From Candidatus Omnitrophota bacterium (GTDB lineage Bacteria > Omnitrophota > Gorgyraeia > 2-02-FULL-51-18), in assembly GCA_016197155.1 (NCBI GenBank), contig JACPWF010000025.1:28276-92275 (forward strand): a DNA stretch of 64,000 nt, written 5' to 3'. Made by a program: the position numbers and the translations under genes. This document shows positions 28,021 through 38,523 of the stretch, piece after piece. Under the pieces are notes generated by a model. The model did not search any database and was not told the origin of the DNA. It was given only the letters and a program-made list of their open reading frames with translations. Each line of letters begins with the position of its first letter. Position 1 is the stretch's first letter.

Positions 28021-29309
28021 TCGCCGCCCATGCTGAACATGATTTCCGCGTCGCACACCTCTTCACCATTCACCTTGGCCACGCCTTTGATGAGGCCGAC
28101 GCGGGATTTCACTTTCAAAATCTCCACTTCCAGGCGAAGCGCGTCGCCGGGCCTCACCATCTTGCGGAAGCGGGCGCTGTTCACCGACACCAGATACGCC
28201 ATTTTTCCCCGGTTTTCCGGTTTGGAAAGAATGAGAACGCCGCCCGTTTGGGCCAGTGCTTCGATCATGAGCACCCCGGGCATGATGGGTTTCCCGGGAA
28301 AATGGCCTTTGAAATGGGGCTCGTCCGCGCGCACGTCTTTGACGCCCACGATGAAGTGGTCGTTCATCTCCAGGATCCGGTCCACCATCAGAAAAGGGTG
28401 CCGGTGCGGCAAAATTTTCATGATCGCTTCGGAATCCATCAACGCCGACTTCGGCCGGGAATGTGCCATCTGCAGTTCCTTTCTCTGTTTTTGGATCGCC
28501 TCAATCAGCGCCCGGTTCAGGGAATGGCCGCTTCGCAAACCCACCACGCGGCCCGCGACCGAAAACTCCAAAAGGTTCATGTCCCCCAAAATATCCAGCA
28601 CCTTGTGCCGCGCGCATTCGTCGGGAAAGCGAAGGGTATTTTGGACAACCCCCTTTTCGGAAATAACGAGCGTGTTCTCGTGCGTGGCGCCCAAACCAAA
28701 ACCCTGTTTTTGCAGGACGCGCGCCTCCTCGTCCGTGCAGAACGTGCGCGCCGGCGCGATCTGGGATTCAAACGTCTCGGGCGTCAGCGTGAAATCCACC
28801 TTCTGGTCCCGGAGAGAGGCCATGGGATAATCGAGCGTGTAGGCCACGCTGAATTCCCCGGCGGGATAGATCGCCAGGGCCTTGCCCGGTTCGTGACAAA
28901 AAATCGGCGATTGAATTTGAAAAGTCTCGCGCGTCTCGGCCTGCTCGACGATCCCCAGATTTTTTATCCATTTCACAAACGGCAGGGCGCTCCCGTCCAT
29001 GCCGGGAATCTCGGGCCCGTCCACCTCGATGCGCAGATTGGAAATTCCCAGACCAAAAAGCGCGGCCAGGAGATGCTCCACTGTTTTGATATTCAATTCT
29101 TCGGAGACAATGGAGGTACAGCGAAGGCTCTCTTCGGCCGGTGCGGCCGGTGCGCGGCCGTTCGTTTCGGAAGAACCGGGTACTTGAGAAAAACGGATCC
29201 CGTGTCCGGCGGGCGCGGGCCGAAGCGTCACCTTCACGCGCGCGCCGGTATGAAGACCGACGCCTTCGAGCGAGCCTTGGCGAATGATCGTTTTCTGCCG
29301 GCTAACCAT
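28017..29309 (-). CDS. lpxC/fabZ: Bifunctional LpxC/FabZ fusion
   Basis: GVGLHTG, TVEHLLAAL, HKVLDILGD, followed by LPHRHPFLMVDR and HFPGKPIMPGVL. Confidence 0.95.
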   Translation of the reverse strand: MVSRQKTIIRQGSLEGVGLHTGARVKVTLRPAPAGHGIRFSQVPGSSETNGRAPAAPAEESLRCTSIVSEELNIKTVEHLLAALFGLGISNLRIEVDGPEIPGMDGSALPFVKWIKNLGIVEQAETRETFQIQSPIFCHEPGKALAIYPAGEFSVAYTLDYPMASLRDQKVDFTLTPETFESQIAPARTFCTDEEARVLQKQGFGLGATHENTLVISEKGVVQNTLRFPDECARHKVLDILGDMNLLEFSVAGRVVGLRSGHSLNRALIEAIQKQRKELQMAHSRPKSALMDSEAIMKILPHRHPFLMVDRILEMNDHFIVGVKDVRADEPHFKGHFPGKPIMPGVLMIEALAQTGGVLILSKPENRGKMAYLVSVNSARFRKMVRPGDALRLEVEILKVKSRVGLIKGVAKVNGEEVCDAEIMFSMGGE

Positions 29310-30375
29310 TTTCTTTTAATGGAACCGGCGATTTTTTCTTTAAATCCAAAATTTCCTTGAAGAGCTCGGGAAGCCGCGCGGTCGCCGCGAGAATTCTTTT
29401 TTGCTCGGATATCGGGCGCGCGGGTTCGCCGAGGAGCACGCTGTTGTCCGGAGCGGATTTGGTGACGCCGCTCCGCGCGCCCACGACCACCCGGTCGCCG
29501 AGCGTGATGTGCCCGACCAGCCCCGCCTGTCCGGCGATCACGACATTTTTCCCGAGTTGGGTCGAACCCGAGATCCCCGCCTGCGAGACGATGAGCGCAT
29601 TTTCCCCCACGACCACGTTGTGCGCGATCTGCACGAGATTGTCGATTTTTGAGCCTTTTTTGATCCAGGTTTTTTGGAAACGGCCGCGGTCCACGCACGT
29701 GTTGGCGCCGATCTCGACGTCATCTTCGATCACGACGGAACCGATCTGCGGGATCTTCACGTGCTCGTCCCCGACCGTCTCGTAGCCAAAACCGTCACTG
29801 CCGATCACGACCCCGCTGTGAAGGATCACGTTGTCGCCGATCAGGGTTTCCTCGCGGATGGACACCTGAGGATAGATGGTCGCGTTCCGGCCGATGCGGG
29901 TGTTGCGTCCGATATAAACCTGCGTGCCGATCGATCCCCCGTCGCCGATTTCAACCCCCTCTTCGATCACCGCGTGCGGGCCGACGGCGACGCCTTTTCC
30001 CAATTTTACGCCCTTTTCAATGACGGCCGTGCGGTGGACCCCCTTGGCCTTCGCCGATTTCCCCGAGGAGGCAAAAAAATCGACCACTTGGGTGAAAGCC
30101 CGTGAAGGGTTTTGCGTGCGGATAAGCGGTTTTTGTGAAGAGTGGATATCGCGGGAAGTAATGACCGCCGCGGCGCGGGTCTGGTCTAAAAATGGCAGGT
30201 ACTTCGAATTGGATAGAAACGTGACTTCGTTTTCTTGGGCTTCTTTTATTCCCGCGACACCGGTGACGACGAGCCCGGGATCGCCGATGAGCTCTCCCCC
30301 TACAAGTTTCGCGATGTCTTGTAGCTTTAGGCTTTTCCGGTCTCCCCTATTTTTTCTTTGCGGTGTAGGAGTCAT
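29302..30375 (-). CDS. lpxD: UDP-3-O-acyl-glucosamine N-acyltransferase
   Basis: IGSDGFGY, VEIGANTCVDRG, KIDNLVQIAHNV. Confidence 0.96.
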   Translation of the reverse strand: MTPTPQRKNRGDRKSLKLQDIAKLVGGELIGDPGLVVTGVAGIKEAQENEVTFLSNSKYLPFLDQTRAAAVITSRDIHSSQKPLIRTQNPSRAFTQVVDFFASSGKSAKAKGVHRTAVIEKGVKLGKGVAVGPHAVIEEGVEIGDGGSIGTQVYIGRNTRIGRNATIYPQVSIREETLIGDNVILHSGVVIGSDGFGYETVGDEHVKIPQIGSVVIEDDVEIGANTCVDRGRFQKTWIKKGSKIDNLVQIAHNVVVGENALIVSQAGISGSTQLGKNVVIAGQAGLVGHITLGDRVVVGARSGVTKSAPDNSVLLGEPARPISEQKRILAATARLPELFKEILDLKKKSPVPLKENG

Positions 30376-30874
30376 TCAAAACCTTGATCACCTGCGGCGT
30401 CAGGTCGTTCCCTTCGCTCTTGTAAACCAGCACGCGGTCGTTGAAAATAAATGAATAACCCTGGGATTTGCCGAAGCCGTCTATCACGGTCTCGATCTCT
30501 TTCAAAATGTCCCGGACGATCCCGTCTCTCTCTTTCCGGAGCGCGTCGCGTGTGGCGCGGTCAAACTCCTGAAGTGATTTGATCCTCTCGTCGATGACCG
30601 CCTGTTTTTCGTCCTTGGCCTTCGCGGATAGAAGCTCGGCCTCGTCGCGCAGTTTTTTGATCTCGCTCACCATCTTGTCCCGATCGCCCTGCTTCGCCGT
30701 CCCTTTCGCTTCGAGTGACTTGTCGAAATCTTTCGTTTTCAGGTATTCGTCGAAAACCCTCGCCAGGTCCACGTAACCGATCTTGAGTTCCTGAGCGAAA
30801 GCGGACGGGACCTGCGACAGGCCCATCGCGGCGAAGACAAACACGGCCGAGGCGAATGACACGATCTTTTTCAT
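30347..30874 (-). CDS. skp: Periplasmic chaperone Skp/OmpH
   Basis: Signal peptide, KIGYVD, coiled coil, DLT..VI; between bamA and lpxD. Confidence 0.9.
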   Translation of the reverse strand: MKKIVSFASAVFVFAAMGLSQVPSAFAQELKIGYVDLARVFDEYLKTKDFDKSLEAKGTAKQGDRDKMVSEIKKLRDEAELLSAKAKDEKQAVIDERIKSLQEFDRATRDALRKERDGIVRDILKEIETVIDGFGKSQGYSFIFNDRVLVYKSEGNDLTPQVIKVLNDSYTAKKK

Positions 30875-30890
30875 TTCTAATGCTCCTTTT

Positions 30891-33200
30891 TTAAAATCCC
30901 TGACTGATATTAAAATAAAATCTCAATTTTTTCTTGTCGTTCTCCACGTCATCGAGCGGGTAACCCGCGTCGAGCCGAACGGGGCCGATCGGAGTCTTGA
31001 TCAGCACCCCCATGCCGATCCCCGAGACCACGCCGCCCGATCCAAAATTCTGGACTTGATCAAACACGTTGCCCGTGTCAAAAAACACCGCGCCCTTGAT
31101 CAGATCCGGATAGATCGGAAAACTTTCTTCGACGTTGGCGATCCAGTATCCCTCGCCGCCGGTGGGCTCGAGATTCCCGGTGTCGCGCGGACCCACGCGG
31201 CGCTCGCGGTAGCCGCGGATCGTGTTGGCGCCGCCCGCGTAAAACCGCTCGTAGATCGGCACGCGCGGAGAGCCTGAAATTTCATCAACGATGCCCCCAC
31301 GGAGTTTGAGCTCCAGAACCATGTCCCAGAAATTTTCAAAGTACGTGCTGCCAATGCCGGAGAGACGGTAAAAATCCTTGTCACCGGCAAGCGGTCCCCC
31401 GGCCAATTCCGCCGTGCCGGAAAGGAGGTACCCGGTGGTTGGGTTGTACACATTGTCCCGCTGGTCGTGGCTGAGCGTCAGCGCGAGGCTGGACGTGGTG
31501 TTTTTTCCCTCTTCATCCTTCAGGGCCTGCGAGGCGCTGGTGGGGATGTCGGAAATTTTCACCTGCTCGAGCTTGTACACCGCCAGTCCCTTGTCATACT
31601 CGCTAAACTCTTTTCCCAGCCGGATATCACCGCCGGTTTTCTGCTGGTCAAAGAAATAACCCGCGGTCCCGGAACGGTTAAATTCCTTTCGGTAAAGGTC
31701 AAAGCCCAGAGAATAGGGGTGGCCAAACGCCCACGGCTCGGTGAAACTGAGCTCCGCGTTCTGCCGGACACTGCCGAGCTCAAACCGCAGGCCAAAATCC
31801 TGCCCCGCGCCGGTGAATGTCTTCCAATTCTGCCAGTCAAAGTTTTTCTGCCGGATCTGCGCGAATCCCACCACCGCGTCCACCGAGCTGTACCCGCCGC
31901 CGAAGCTGAACTCGCCGGTCTTGGCCTCTTTGACCGATACGAGGAGGTCACGCGCGTTCGGCAGGGGACCCGGTTCGGTGTCAAAACGCACGTCGTCAAA
32001 AAATCCCAGATTGTAAAGGCGTTCCTTGGAGCGCTTGAGCTTGGCGCCGCTGAAGGATTCGCCCGGATAGGCGCGTAGTTCGCGGCGGATCACGATGTCC
32101 TTGGTTTTGGTGTTGCCCTGGATCTTCACCTTTCCGACGTAGGTGAGCTCGTTCTCCACAATCGTGTAGGTCAGATCCACGCGGTCGGTGGTTTCGTTGT
32201 AGACGGATTCGGAACGGATCTGCGAGGACAGATACCCTTTCTCGAAATAAAGGTCCTGAATATTCCCCACGTCTATCCGGAGTCCCCGGCGGGAAAAGGG
32301 TTTTTGGCTGGTCATCTTGACGGCCTTTAAAATGTCCGCCGAAGAAAGGATGGCGTTTCCCTTTAATTCAATGCCGCCGACGATGTATTTTTTTCCTTCC
32401 TTCACGATGACTTTCAAAATAATGTCGCCGCTGCCTTTGACCGGTTCGGTCTCGGTGGTCACCTCCACGTCGCTGTAGCCGGCCTCGTCGTAAAGCGCTT
32501 TCACGCGCTCAACGTCCTCGAGGAGGTCATCTTCCTTTAAGTAACCGGAATGGAAAAACCCCCACCAGGAAAGCATCTTGGTTTTCATCACTTTCCGGAT
32601 CTGGCCCGAGTCGATCGCGTGATTGCCCTCGACGCGGATGTCGCGGATGCGGACATTGACTCCCTCGTCCACGAGTACCTTCAAAACCGCCTGGTTGGTG
32701 TCGGGATTCACCTCGAGCGCGCTGTCGACGCGCGCGCCCGAAAAACCCTTCTTTTCGTAAAGCGCCCGCACGGCCTCGAGGTCGTCGTGGACCCTTTTCT
32801 GGTCCACAAAATCGCCGATCACCGACTGCATTTCCTTTTTGATCTGCTCTTTGTTCAGCTTGTGATTGCCTTCGATGGCGATTTTGGAGAGAACGGGTTT
32901 TTCGACGACGAGGAAAACGACCTTCACCCCGCCCTCAAAATCCTCCTGCTCGATGCGCACGTCCGTGAAAAATCCCAGGCCATAAAGCCGCTTCAGATCT
33001 TCATTGAGCACGGTCGAAGACAGGGGCTGGCCGATCTGGGTTTTGACCTTCGCGAGAACCGTGAGCGAGGAGACGGTTTTATTGCCTCTCACGTCGACGG
33101 CCTTGACAACCTTGGCGGCGTCTTCGGCGCGGAGGAAGGACGGAAAAGAGAAATAAAAGCCCAAAAGAAGGACGGATAAAAAAAGAATTTTGCGGGTCAT
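30891..33200 (-). CDS. bamA: Outer membrane protein assembly factor BamA
   Basis: POTRA repeats, FYAGGANTIRGY, TPIGPVRLD, terminal Phe. Confidence 0.96.
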   Translation of the reverse strand: MTRKILFLSVLLLGFYFSFPSFLRAEDAAKVVKAVDVRGNKTVSSLTVLAKVKTQIGQPLSSTVLNEDLKRLYGLGFFTDVRIEQEDFEGGVKVVFLVVEKPVLSKIAIEGNHKLNKEQIKKEMQSVIGDFVDQKRVHDDLEAVRALYEKKGFSGARVDSALEVNPDTNQAVLKVLVDEGVNVRIRDIRVEGNHAIDSGQIRKVMKTKMLSWWGFFHSGYLKEDDLLEDVERVKALYDEAGYSDVEVTTETEPVKGSGDIILKVIVKEGKKYIVGGIELKGNAILSSADILKAVKMTSQKPFSRRGLRIDVGNIQDLYFEKGYLSSQIRSESVYNETTDRVDLTYTIVENELTYVGKVKIQGNTKTKDIVIRRELRAYPGESFSGAKLKRSKERLYNLGFFDDVRFDTEPGPLPNARDLLVSVKEAKTGEFSFGGGYSSVDAVVGFAQIRQKNFDWQNWKTFTGAGQDFGLRFELGSVRQNAELSFTEPWAFGHPYSLGFDLYRKEFNRSGTAGYFFDQQKTGGDIRLGKEFSEYDKGLAVYKLEQVKISDIPTSASQALKDEEGKNTTSSLALTLSHDQRDNVYNPTTGYLLSGTAELAGGPLAGDKDFYRLSGIGSTYFENFWDMVLELKLRGGIVDEISGSPRVPIYERFYAGGANTIRGYRERRVGPRDTGNLEPTGGEGYWIANVEESFPIYPDLIKGAVFFDTGNVFDQVQNFGSGGVVSGIGMGVLIKTPIGPVRLDAGYPLDDVENDKKKLRFYFNISQGF

Positions 33201-33248
33201 GATGAAGGTTTACTTTAACACAGCCGGTTTAATTAATAAATTAAAATT

Positions 33249-34613
33249 CTACGCCATTTCCTCGCGGCGGACCAGTTCCATATTCTCAAAACGCGTGTAT
33301 TCGTGAATGAAGGTCAGTTTCAAATTCCCGACCGGGCCGTTTCGCTGTTTGGCGATCATGATGTCGGCCTTCCCGCGGTTTTCCTCGCTGGGGTTGTAAT
33401 ATTCCTCTCGCAAAAGCAAAACCACCACGTCCGCGTCCTGTTCAATCGCGCCCGATTCGCGAAGATCCGAAAGCTGGGGCCGGTGATCCACGCGCGACTC
33501 GACCGCGCGCGACAGCTGGCTCACCGCGATGACGGGAATGTTCAGCTCGCGCGCCAGTTCCTTAAGCGACCGGGAAATTTCGGAAATTTCCTGCTGGCGG
33601 CTTTCACTGCCGGCACTGCCCTGCATGAGCTGAAGATAATCCAGGATCAAAAGTTTGATGTCAAACTGGGATTTGAGGCGCCGCGCCTTGGCCTTGAGCT
33701 CGAGGACGCTGATGCCCGGCGTGTCGTCGATGTAGATCGGCGCCTCCGAAAGTTTGGCCGCGGCACTGGTCAGATTCGGCCAATCCGACTGCGCGAGAAA
33801 TCCGGTCCGGACTTTATGCGCGTTCACCCGCGCGCGCGAGCAAAGCATTCTTTGAATGAGCTGTTCTTTTGACATTTCGAGGCTGAAAATCGCCACGGGA
33901 ATTTTGAGCGTCACGCCGGCGTGTTCGGCCACACAGGTGACGAAGGCGCTCTTCCCCATCGACGGGCGAGCGGCCACGACGATGAGGTCCGAGGCCTGGA
34001 GGCCCGCGGTCTGCGTGTCAAATTCGTGAAAACCCGTCGCGATGCCGGTGATGTGTTCCTTGCGCTGGTAAAGCCGGTCGATCACCTCGATCTGGTTGCG
34101 CACGATGTCTTTCAGGGGAACGACGCCGCCCGTGAATTTTTGATTGGAGATGTCAAAGATGAGTTTTTCCGCGCGGTCCAAAAGCGTGTCCACGTCATGC
34201 GAGGCGTCGTAGCTGTCGGTCACGATCTGCGTGGCGTGGCTGATGAGGTGGCGCAGGATGTATTTTTCTTTGACGATCTTCGCGTAATGCGTGATGTTGG
34301 CGGCCGTGGGCACGACCGTGGTCAGGTACGCCAGATAATCCGCGCCGCCCACTTCCTCGAGGCCGCCTTCCTTTAGGAGGACGTCGGTGAGGGTCACCAG
34401 GTCCACGGCTTTATTTTCGTTGAAAAGATGGATGATGCCCTGAAAGATTTTTCGGTGGGCGTCTTTGTAAAACGACTCGGGGCTTAAAAGCTCGATGGCC
34501 TGCGGGACTGCGTCTTCCTCGATCAACACCGATCCGAGGACCGCGGTCTCGGCGTCGAGACTCTGCGGGGGAAGTTTTTCTTTCTGAAGAAACGCTTCGA
34601 GATTTCTCATCAC
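33249..34613 (-). CDS. dnaB: Replicative DNA helicase
   Basis: AARPSMGKS, DYLQLM, SQLSR, SDLRESGAIEQDAD, KQRNGP; no intein. Confidence 0.98.
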   Translation of the reverse strand: MMRNLEAFLQKEKLPPQSLDAETAVLGSVLIEEDAVPQAIELLSPESFYKDAHRKIFQGIIHLFNENKAVDLVTLTDVLLKEGGLEEVGGADYLAYLTTVVPTAANITHYAKIVKEKYILRHLISHATQIVTDSYDASHDVDTLLDRAEKLIFDISNQKFTGGVVPLKDIVRNQIEVIDRLYQRKEHITGIATGFHEFDTQTAGLQASDLIVVAARPSMGKSAFVTCVAEHAGVTLKIPVAIFSLEMSKEQLIQRMLCSRARVNAHKVRTGFLAQSDWPNLTSAAAKLSEAPIYIDDTPGISVLELKAKARRLKSQFDIKLLILDYLQLMQGSAGSESRQQEISEISRSLKELARELNIPVIAVSQLSRAVESRVDHRPQLSDLRESGAIEQDADVVVLLLREEYYNPSEENRGKADIMIAKQRNGPVGNLKLTFIHEYTRFENMELVRREEMA

Positions 34614-34614
34614 T

Positions 34615-35070
34615 CTAATTTTTTTTCTTCACCACTGACAATTTCAATACGGCGCTCACCTCGGGGTAGAGTTTCACCGATACAGTGTGCATCCCCAGTT
34701 TCCGGATCGGCTCTTCGAGCTGGATCGATTTCTTGTCTATTTTAATCCCTTGAGCGGCCAATTGTTGAGCGATTTCTTGGGTGGTCACCGCTCCGAAAAG
34801 TTTATCTCCCTCGCCGGCGAGCACCTCCACGCTGAGCGGATTTTTTTCCAGTTTCTCCGCGACGGCGCGGGCCTCGGCGATTTCCGCGGCCTCGCGTTTT
34901 TGGCGGCGGCTTTTTTCTTCGTTAAAACGTTTTAAATTGGAAGGGGTCGCCGGCACCGCTTTCCCGCGCGGCACGAGGTAATTCCGCGCGTGACCGTCGG
35001 CGACTTTGATCAACTCTCCGCGGCGGCCGAGTTTCGGATCGTCCTGAGTCAGAATAACCTCAATATCCAC
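34615..35070 (-). CDS. rplI: 50S ribosomal protein L9
   Basis: VADGHARNYLVPRGKA, KLFGAVT. Confidence 0.96.
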   Translation of the reverse strand: MDIEVILTQDDPKLGRRGELIKVADGHARNYLVPRGKAVPATPSNLKRFNEEKSRRQKREAAEIAEARAVAEKLEKNPLSVEVLAGEGDKLFGAVTTQEIAQQLAAQGIKIDKKSIQLEEPIRKLGMHTVSVKLYPEVSAVLKLSVVKKKN

Positions 35071-35100
35071 TATCTACCATCCACGATCCACCATCCGTTC

Positions 35101-35364
35101 TTATTCCGCGACGTACGGCAAAAGGGCCAGGTGCCGCGCGCGCTTGATCTGGCGCGTCAGGTACCGCTGGGCCTTGGCGCCGGCGCCGGAGATGCGGCTG
35201 GGGATGATCTTCCCTCTTTCCGTGACGAAGTAGCGCAGGCGGCTGATGTCCTTGTAATCGATGGTGGCGATCTCTTCGGGTTTGAATTTGCAGACTTTTT
35301 TCTTGATGAATTTCTTTTTCTTCAGGTCGTCTTTCTTTTTTTTCATTCTCTTTTTTTCGAACAC
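35101..35364 (-). CDS. rpsR: 30S ribosomal protein S18
   Basis: [29 protein letters not shown]. Confidence 0.96.
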   Translation of the reverse strand: MFEKKRMKKKKDDLKKKKFIKKKVCKFKPEEIATIDYKDISRLRYFVTERGKIIPSRISGAGAKAQRYLTRQIKRARHLALLPYVAE

Positions 35365-35398
35365 GGATCTCTCCTTGGATTAATCAATCATTAAAAAA

Positions 35399-35857
35399 TT
35401 AAAACGGCGCCTCTTCGGAGGATTTGGCTCCCGCTTCGGGGGCCTCTTCCAACTGGATCTCCGGCATTTCCTCGCGCGGGGCCTGCGCGGAGATGTCCGG
35501 CGCGTCCCCCCGGTCCTTGGTTTGGCCCGCGCCGCGCAAAAATTGCACGCTCTGCGCGATCACCTCGAGCGTGCTGCGCTTCTGGCCGTCGGGGCCGTCC
35601 CAACTGCGGCTCTGGAGGCGCCCCTCGACGAACGCGGGAGAGCCCTTTTTCATATATTCCCCGCAAGTTTCGGCCATGCGGCCCCACACCACGACGCGGA
35701 CAAAACTGACTTCCTCTTTTTTCTCGCCGGTCTGAAGTTTGTAAACGCGGTTCATTGCCAGCGTAAAACTCGCCACCGCCGAGCCGCTCGGGATGTACCG
35801 GAGCTCGGGGTCCCGCGTCAGGTTTCCGATGAGCAACACTTTATTGAGATTGGCCAT
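35399..35857 (-). CDS. ssb: Single-stranded DNA-binding protein
   Basis: NKVLLIGNLTRDPELR, VEGRLQSRSW, C-terminal EEAPF. Confidence 0.97.
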   Translation of the reverse strand: MANLNKVLLIGNLTRDPELRYIPSGSAVASFTLAMNRVYKLQTGEKKEEVSFVRVVVWGRMAETCGEYMKKGSPAFVEGRLQSRSWDGPDGQKRSTLEVIAQSVQFLRGAGQTKDRGDAPDISAQAPREEMPEIQLEEAPEAGAKSSEEAPF

Positions 35858-35872
35858 GTGAAGCGTCCTCCT

Positions 35873-36163
35873 TTAGAGCGCGTCCTTGTTCACCAAGAGA
35901 AAACGGAGCAGCCCGTCGTTCAGCCGCAGGGACTGCTCGAGTTTCTTGGTCTGATTGGAATCCATCTGAAAATTGAAAAGCACGTAGTGGCCTTCATGCT
36001 TTTTTTTGATCTTGTAGGCCAGCCGGCGCTTGCCCCATTCCTGCAGGCCGTCGACATGCCCGCCGTTTTTGGAAATGAGTTCCTGCACCTGCGCGACCAA
36101 CGATTTTGAGGCCTCGCCCGACAGATCGGGACTCAGGATGAAAACGCCTTCGTAATTTCTCAT
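35873..36163 (-). CDS. rpsF: 30S ribosomal protein S6
   Basis: MRNYEGVFIL, WGKRRLAYKIKK. Confidence 0.96.
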   Translation of the reverse strand: MRNYEGVFILSPDLSGEASKSLVAQVQELISKNGGHVDGLQEWGKRRLAYKIKKKHEGHYVLFNFQMDSNQTKKLEQSLRLNDGLLRFLLVNKDAL

Positions 36164-36177
36164 GAAAAGGACTCTCC

Positions 36178-36705
36178 TTATTCTTTTTCCTTCACCGATT
36201 GCAATTGACTCAAACGCTTCATCGCCGCGTCCCAACCGTCTTTCGCCCAGCTTTCGCAAACCGACGCGGCGTTTTTCACGATCCCCGGCAGTTCTTTTTT
36301 TTCGCCGGCGTCAAAACCTTCGAGCACGAAAGGGACGAGGTCCTTCGGCATGCGTTCATTTTTCACGCCGAGGCGCAGGCGCGCGAACGCCTCGGACCCG
36401 AGCGACTCGATCACCGACAAAAGCCCGTGATGCCCGCCCGCGCCCCCCGACGCGCGGAGCCGCATCTTTCCGAACGCGAGATTCACGTCGTCGCAGACCA
36501 CGAGAAGGTCTTTCAGGTCCGGCTTTTTCCGTTCGACGATCTCGCGGACCGCGCGGCCGGTGTCGTTGACAAAGGTGCCGGGCCTCACAAGCACCGTGTC
36601 TTTGGGCCCGAGTTTTTTCAGTTCATCGAGGACCCGGAAACCGATATTGTGACGCGTCTTCTCGTACTTTTTACCGGGATTGCCGATGCCAATGATAAAC
36701 TTCAA
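36178..36705 (-). CDS. pth: Peptidyl-tRNA hydrolase
   Basis: GIGNPG..Y..TRHNIGF, GGAGGHHGL, RLRLGV. Confidence 0.95.
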   Translation of the reverse strand: MKFIIGIGNPGKKYEKTRHNIGFRVLDELKKLGPKDTVLVRPGTFVNDTGRAVREIVERKKPDLKDLLVVCDDVNLAFGKMRLRASGGAGGHHGLLSVIESLGSEAFARLRLGVKNERMPKDLVPFVLEGFDAGEKKELPGIVKNAASVCESWAKDGWDAAMKRLSQLQSVKEKE

Positions 36706-36727
36706 GAGAAAAAACCCACGAGAAAAC

Positions 36728-36854
36728 GGCTACCAGGATACCAGGAGACCGGGGCGCAGGACATCAGGAGACCAGATTATCAGGAATGTTTTGTCCCTGA
36801 TACCCTGATCATCTGATACCCTGCCTCCTGATAACCTGATCATCTGATTCCCGC
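36728..36854. repeat. ATCAGG-based long inverted-repeat element, copy 1
   Basis: Left arm of (A)TCAGGA units and right arm of CCTGAT units; intergenic between rplY and pth. Confidence 0.8.
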
Positions 36855-36856
36855 CC

Positions 36857-37549
36857 TTATGTTTGTTTCTTCTCCGCTTTGGGCTCTTCCTTTGGCTTCT
36901 CCGCGGCGGGAGCGCCCTCCTCTTCCTTCTTCTCGCGGATCACTTCGACTTCCGGCGTCTCGGCGGCGGCTTCCTCCGCTTTTTCTTCGATGTGGACCTG
37001 GACCTGGAACAAAAGCGCTTCGGGGTCGTTCAAAACTTTGAGCGTCTCCGGCAGGCGCAGGTCCTTCACGTGGATGGACTGATTGAGCTTGAGCCCGGAG
37101 ACGTCGACATCGATGTGTTTGGGGATGTCCGTCGGCAGGCACTGGATTTTAAGCTCGCGCAGGGGATGATCCAAAACGCCGCCTTCCTGTTTCACGCCGG
37201 CCGGCTCGCCCACCGCGCGGACCTCGACTTCGAGGGTGATCTTTTCCGTGAGCGAAATTTCGTTGAAATCGACGTGCAGGATCCCGCGCGTCACCGGATG
37301 ATGCTGGACTTCCTTGATGAGGACGGTGCGCGATTTCTTGGCGTTCTCAACGGATAAATGGATCAATAAATTTTCGGCGCCGGCGCCGCGGATGATTTTT
37401 GAAATTTCCCTTTCCGACAACGCCACCGAAACCGGCTCTTCGCCGCGGTGATACACCGTGCCCGGCACCGTGCCCTGCCCGCGGAGTTTTTTAACCGCCT
37501 GCTTGCCTTTGTCCTGTCTCACCGTCGCTTTTAATTTGATCTGTTCCAT
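36857..37549 (-). CDS. rplY: 50S ribosomal protein L25/Ctc
   Basis: VPGTVY, QHHPV...HVDF, GVKQEGG, acidic tail. Confidence 0.95.
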   Translation of the reverse strand: MEQIKLKATVRQDKGKQAVKKLRGQGTVPGTVYHRGEEPVSVALSEREISKIIRGAGAENLLIHLSVENAKKSRTVLIKEVQHHPVTRGILHVDFNEISLTEKITLEVEVRAVGEPAGVKQEGGVLDHPLRELKIQCLPTDIPKHIDVDVSGLKLNQSIHVKDLRLPETLKVLNDPEALLFQVQVHIEEKAEEAAAETPEVEVIREKKEEEGAPAAEKPKEEPKAEKKQT

Positions 37550-37568
37550 TTCTTTTCCTTTTTCTGTG

Positions 37569-38507
37569 TCAATTGAATAAACTGCTCACCGATTCTTCGT
37601 CGTGAATTCTCCGGATCGCCTCTCCCAGAAGCGGCGCCACGGACAACACTTTAAAAATGGGGTCTTTTTTATCCCCGAGCGGAATGCTGTCGGACACGAT
37701 GAATTCCTCGATCACCGATTTTTTAATCCGCTCGATTGCCGGGCCCGACAACACCGCGTGCGAAACCGCCGCGAAGATCCTGAGGGCGCCCGCTTTTTTG
37801 ATCGCCGCGGCCGCCTCGCAGATGGAGCTGGCGGTCGCCACGAGGTCGTCGATGATCACGATATTTTTCTTTTTCACGTCGCCCAAAATGTTCATCGCCT
37901 CGATGCTGCGGTCGTCGATGCGCCGTTTGTCGACGATCGCCAGATTCGCGTTCAGCCGTTTGGCGTACGCGCGCGCCATCTTGATCCCGCCCACGTCGGG
38001 CGAGGCGACGACGAGATTTTTTATTTTTTTCTTCTCAAAATAATCCATCACCGTGTTCACCGCGAACAGGTGATCCATCGGGATGTCGAAAAATCCCTGG
38101 ATTTGGCTGGCGTGCAGATCCATCGTGAGGATCCGGTCGGCGCCGGCCGTCGTCAAAAGGTTTGCGACAAGCTTCGCGGTGATCGGCACCCGCGGCTGGT
38201 CTTTGCGGTCCTGGCGCGCGTAGCCGAAATACGGGATCACCGCCGTGATGCGCCGCGCCGAGGCGCGCCTCATCGCGTCGATGAGGATGAGAAGCTCCAT
38301 CAGGTTGTTGTTCGTCGGCGGACAGGTGGGCTGGACGATGAACACGTCGCGGCCCCGCACGTCCTCGTTGATCTTGACGCGGATCTCGCCCTCGCTGAAC
38401 GTCGACACGAGCGCGTCGCCGAGCGGCGTTTTTAAAACCTTCGCGATCTTTTGGGCCAGTTCCGGATTCGCGTTTCCCGAAAATATTTTAAGTTCGCCGT
38501 TATGCAC
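37569..38507 (-). CDS. prs: Ribose-phosphate pyrophosphokinase
   Basis: FSEGE, PYFGYARQDRK, DLHASQIQGFF, SPDVGG. Confidence 0.97.
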   Translation of the reverse strand: MHNGELKIFSGNANPELAQKIAKVLKTPLGDALVSTFSEGEIRVKINEDVRGRDVFIVQPTCPPTNNNLMELLILIDAMRRASARRITAVIPYFGYARQDRKDQPRVPITAKLVANLLTTAGADRILTMDLHASQIQGFFDIPMDHLFAVNTVMDYFEKKKIKNLVVASPDVGGIKMARAYAKRLNANLAIVDKRRIDDRSIEAMNILGDVKKKNIVIIDDLVATASSICEAAAAIKKAGALRIFAAVSHAVLSGPAIERIKKSVIEEFIVSDSIPLGDKKDPIFKVLSVAPLLGEAIRRIHDEESVSSLFN

Positions 38508-38523
38508 GCTTCTCTCCCAGCTT

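Noticed and set aside
28017-29309. LpxC-FabZ fusion as a novelty
   Set aside because: This fusion is already known in several phyla, for example Bacteroidota.
27295-29360. Long plus-strand ORFs (511 and 483 aa)
   Set aside because: Antisense shadows of lpxA and lpxC-fabZ in high-GC DNA, with no recognisable motifs. The same applies to most other plus-strand ORFs in the track.
33249-34613. Intein in DnaB
   Set aside because: The protein is of normal length with contiguous motifs.
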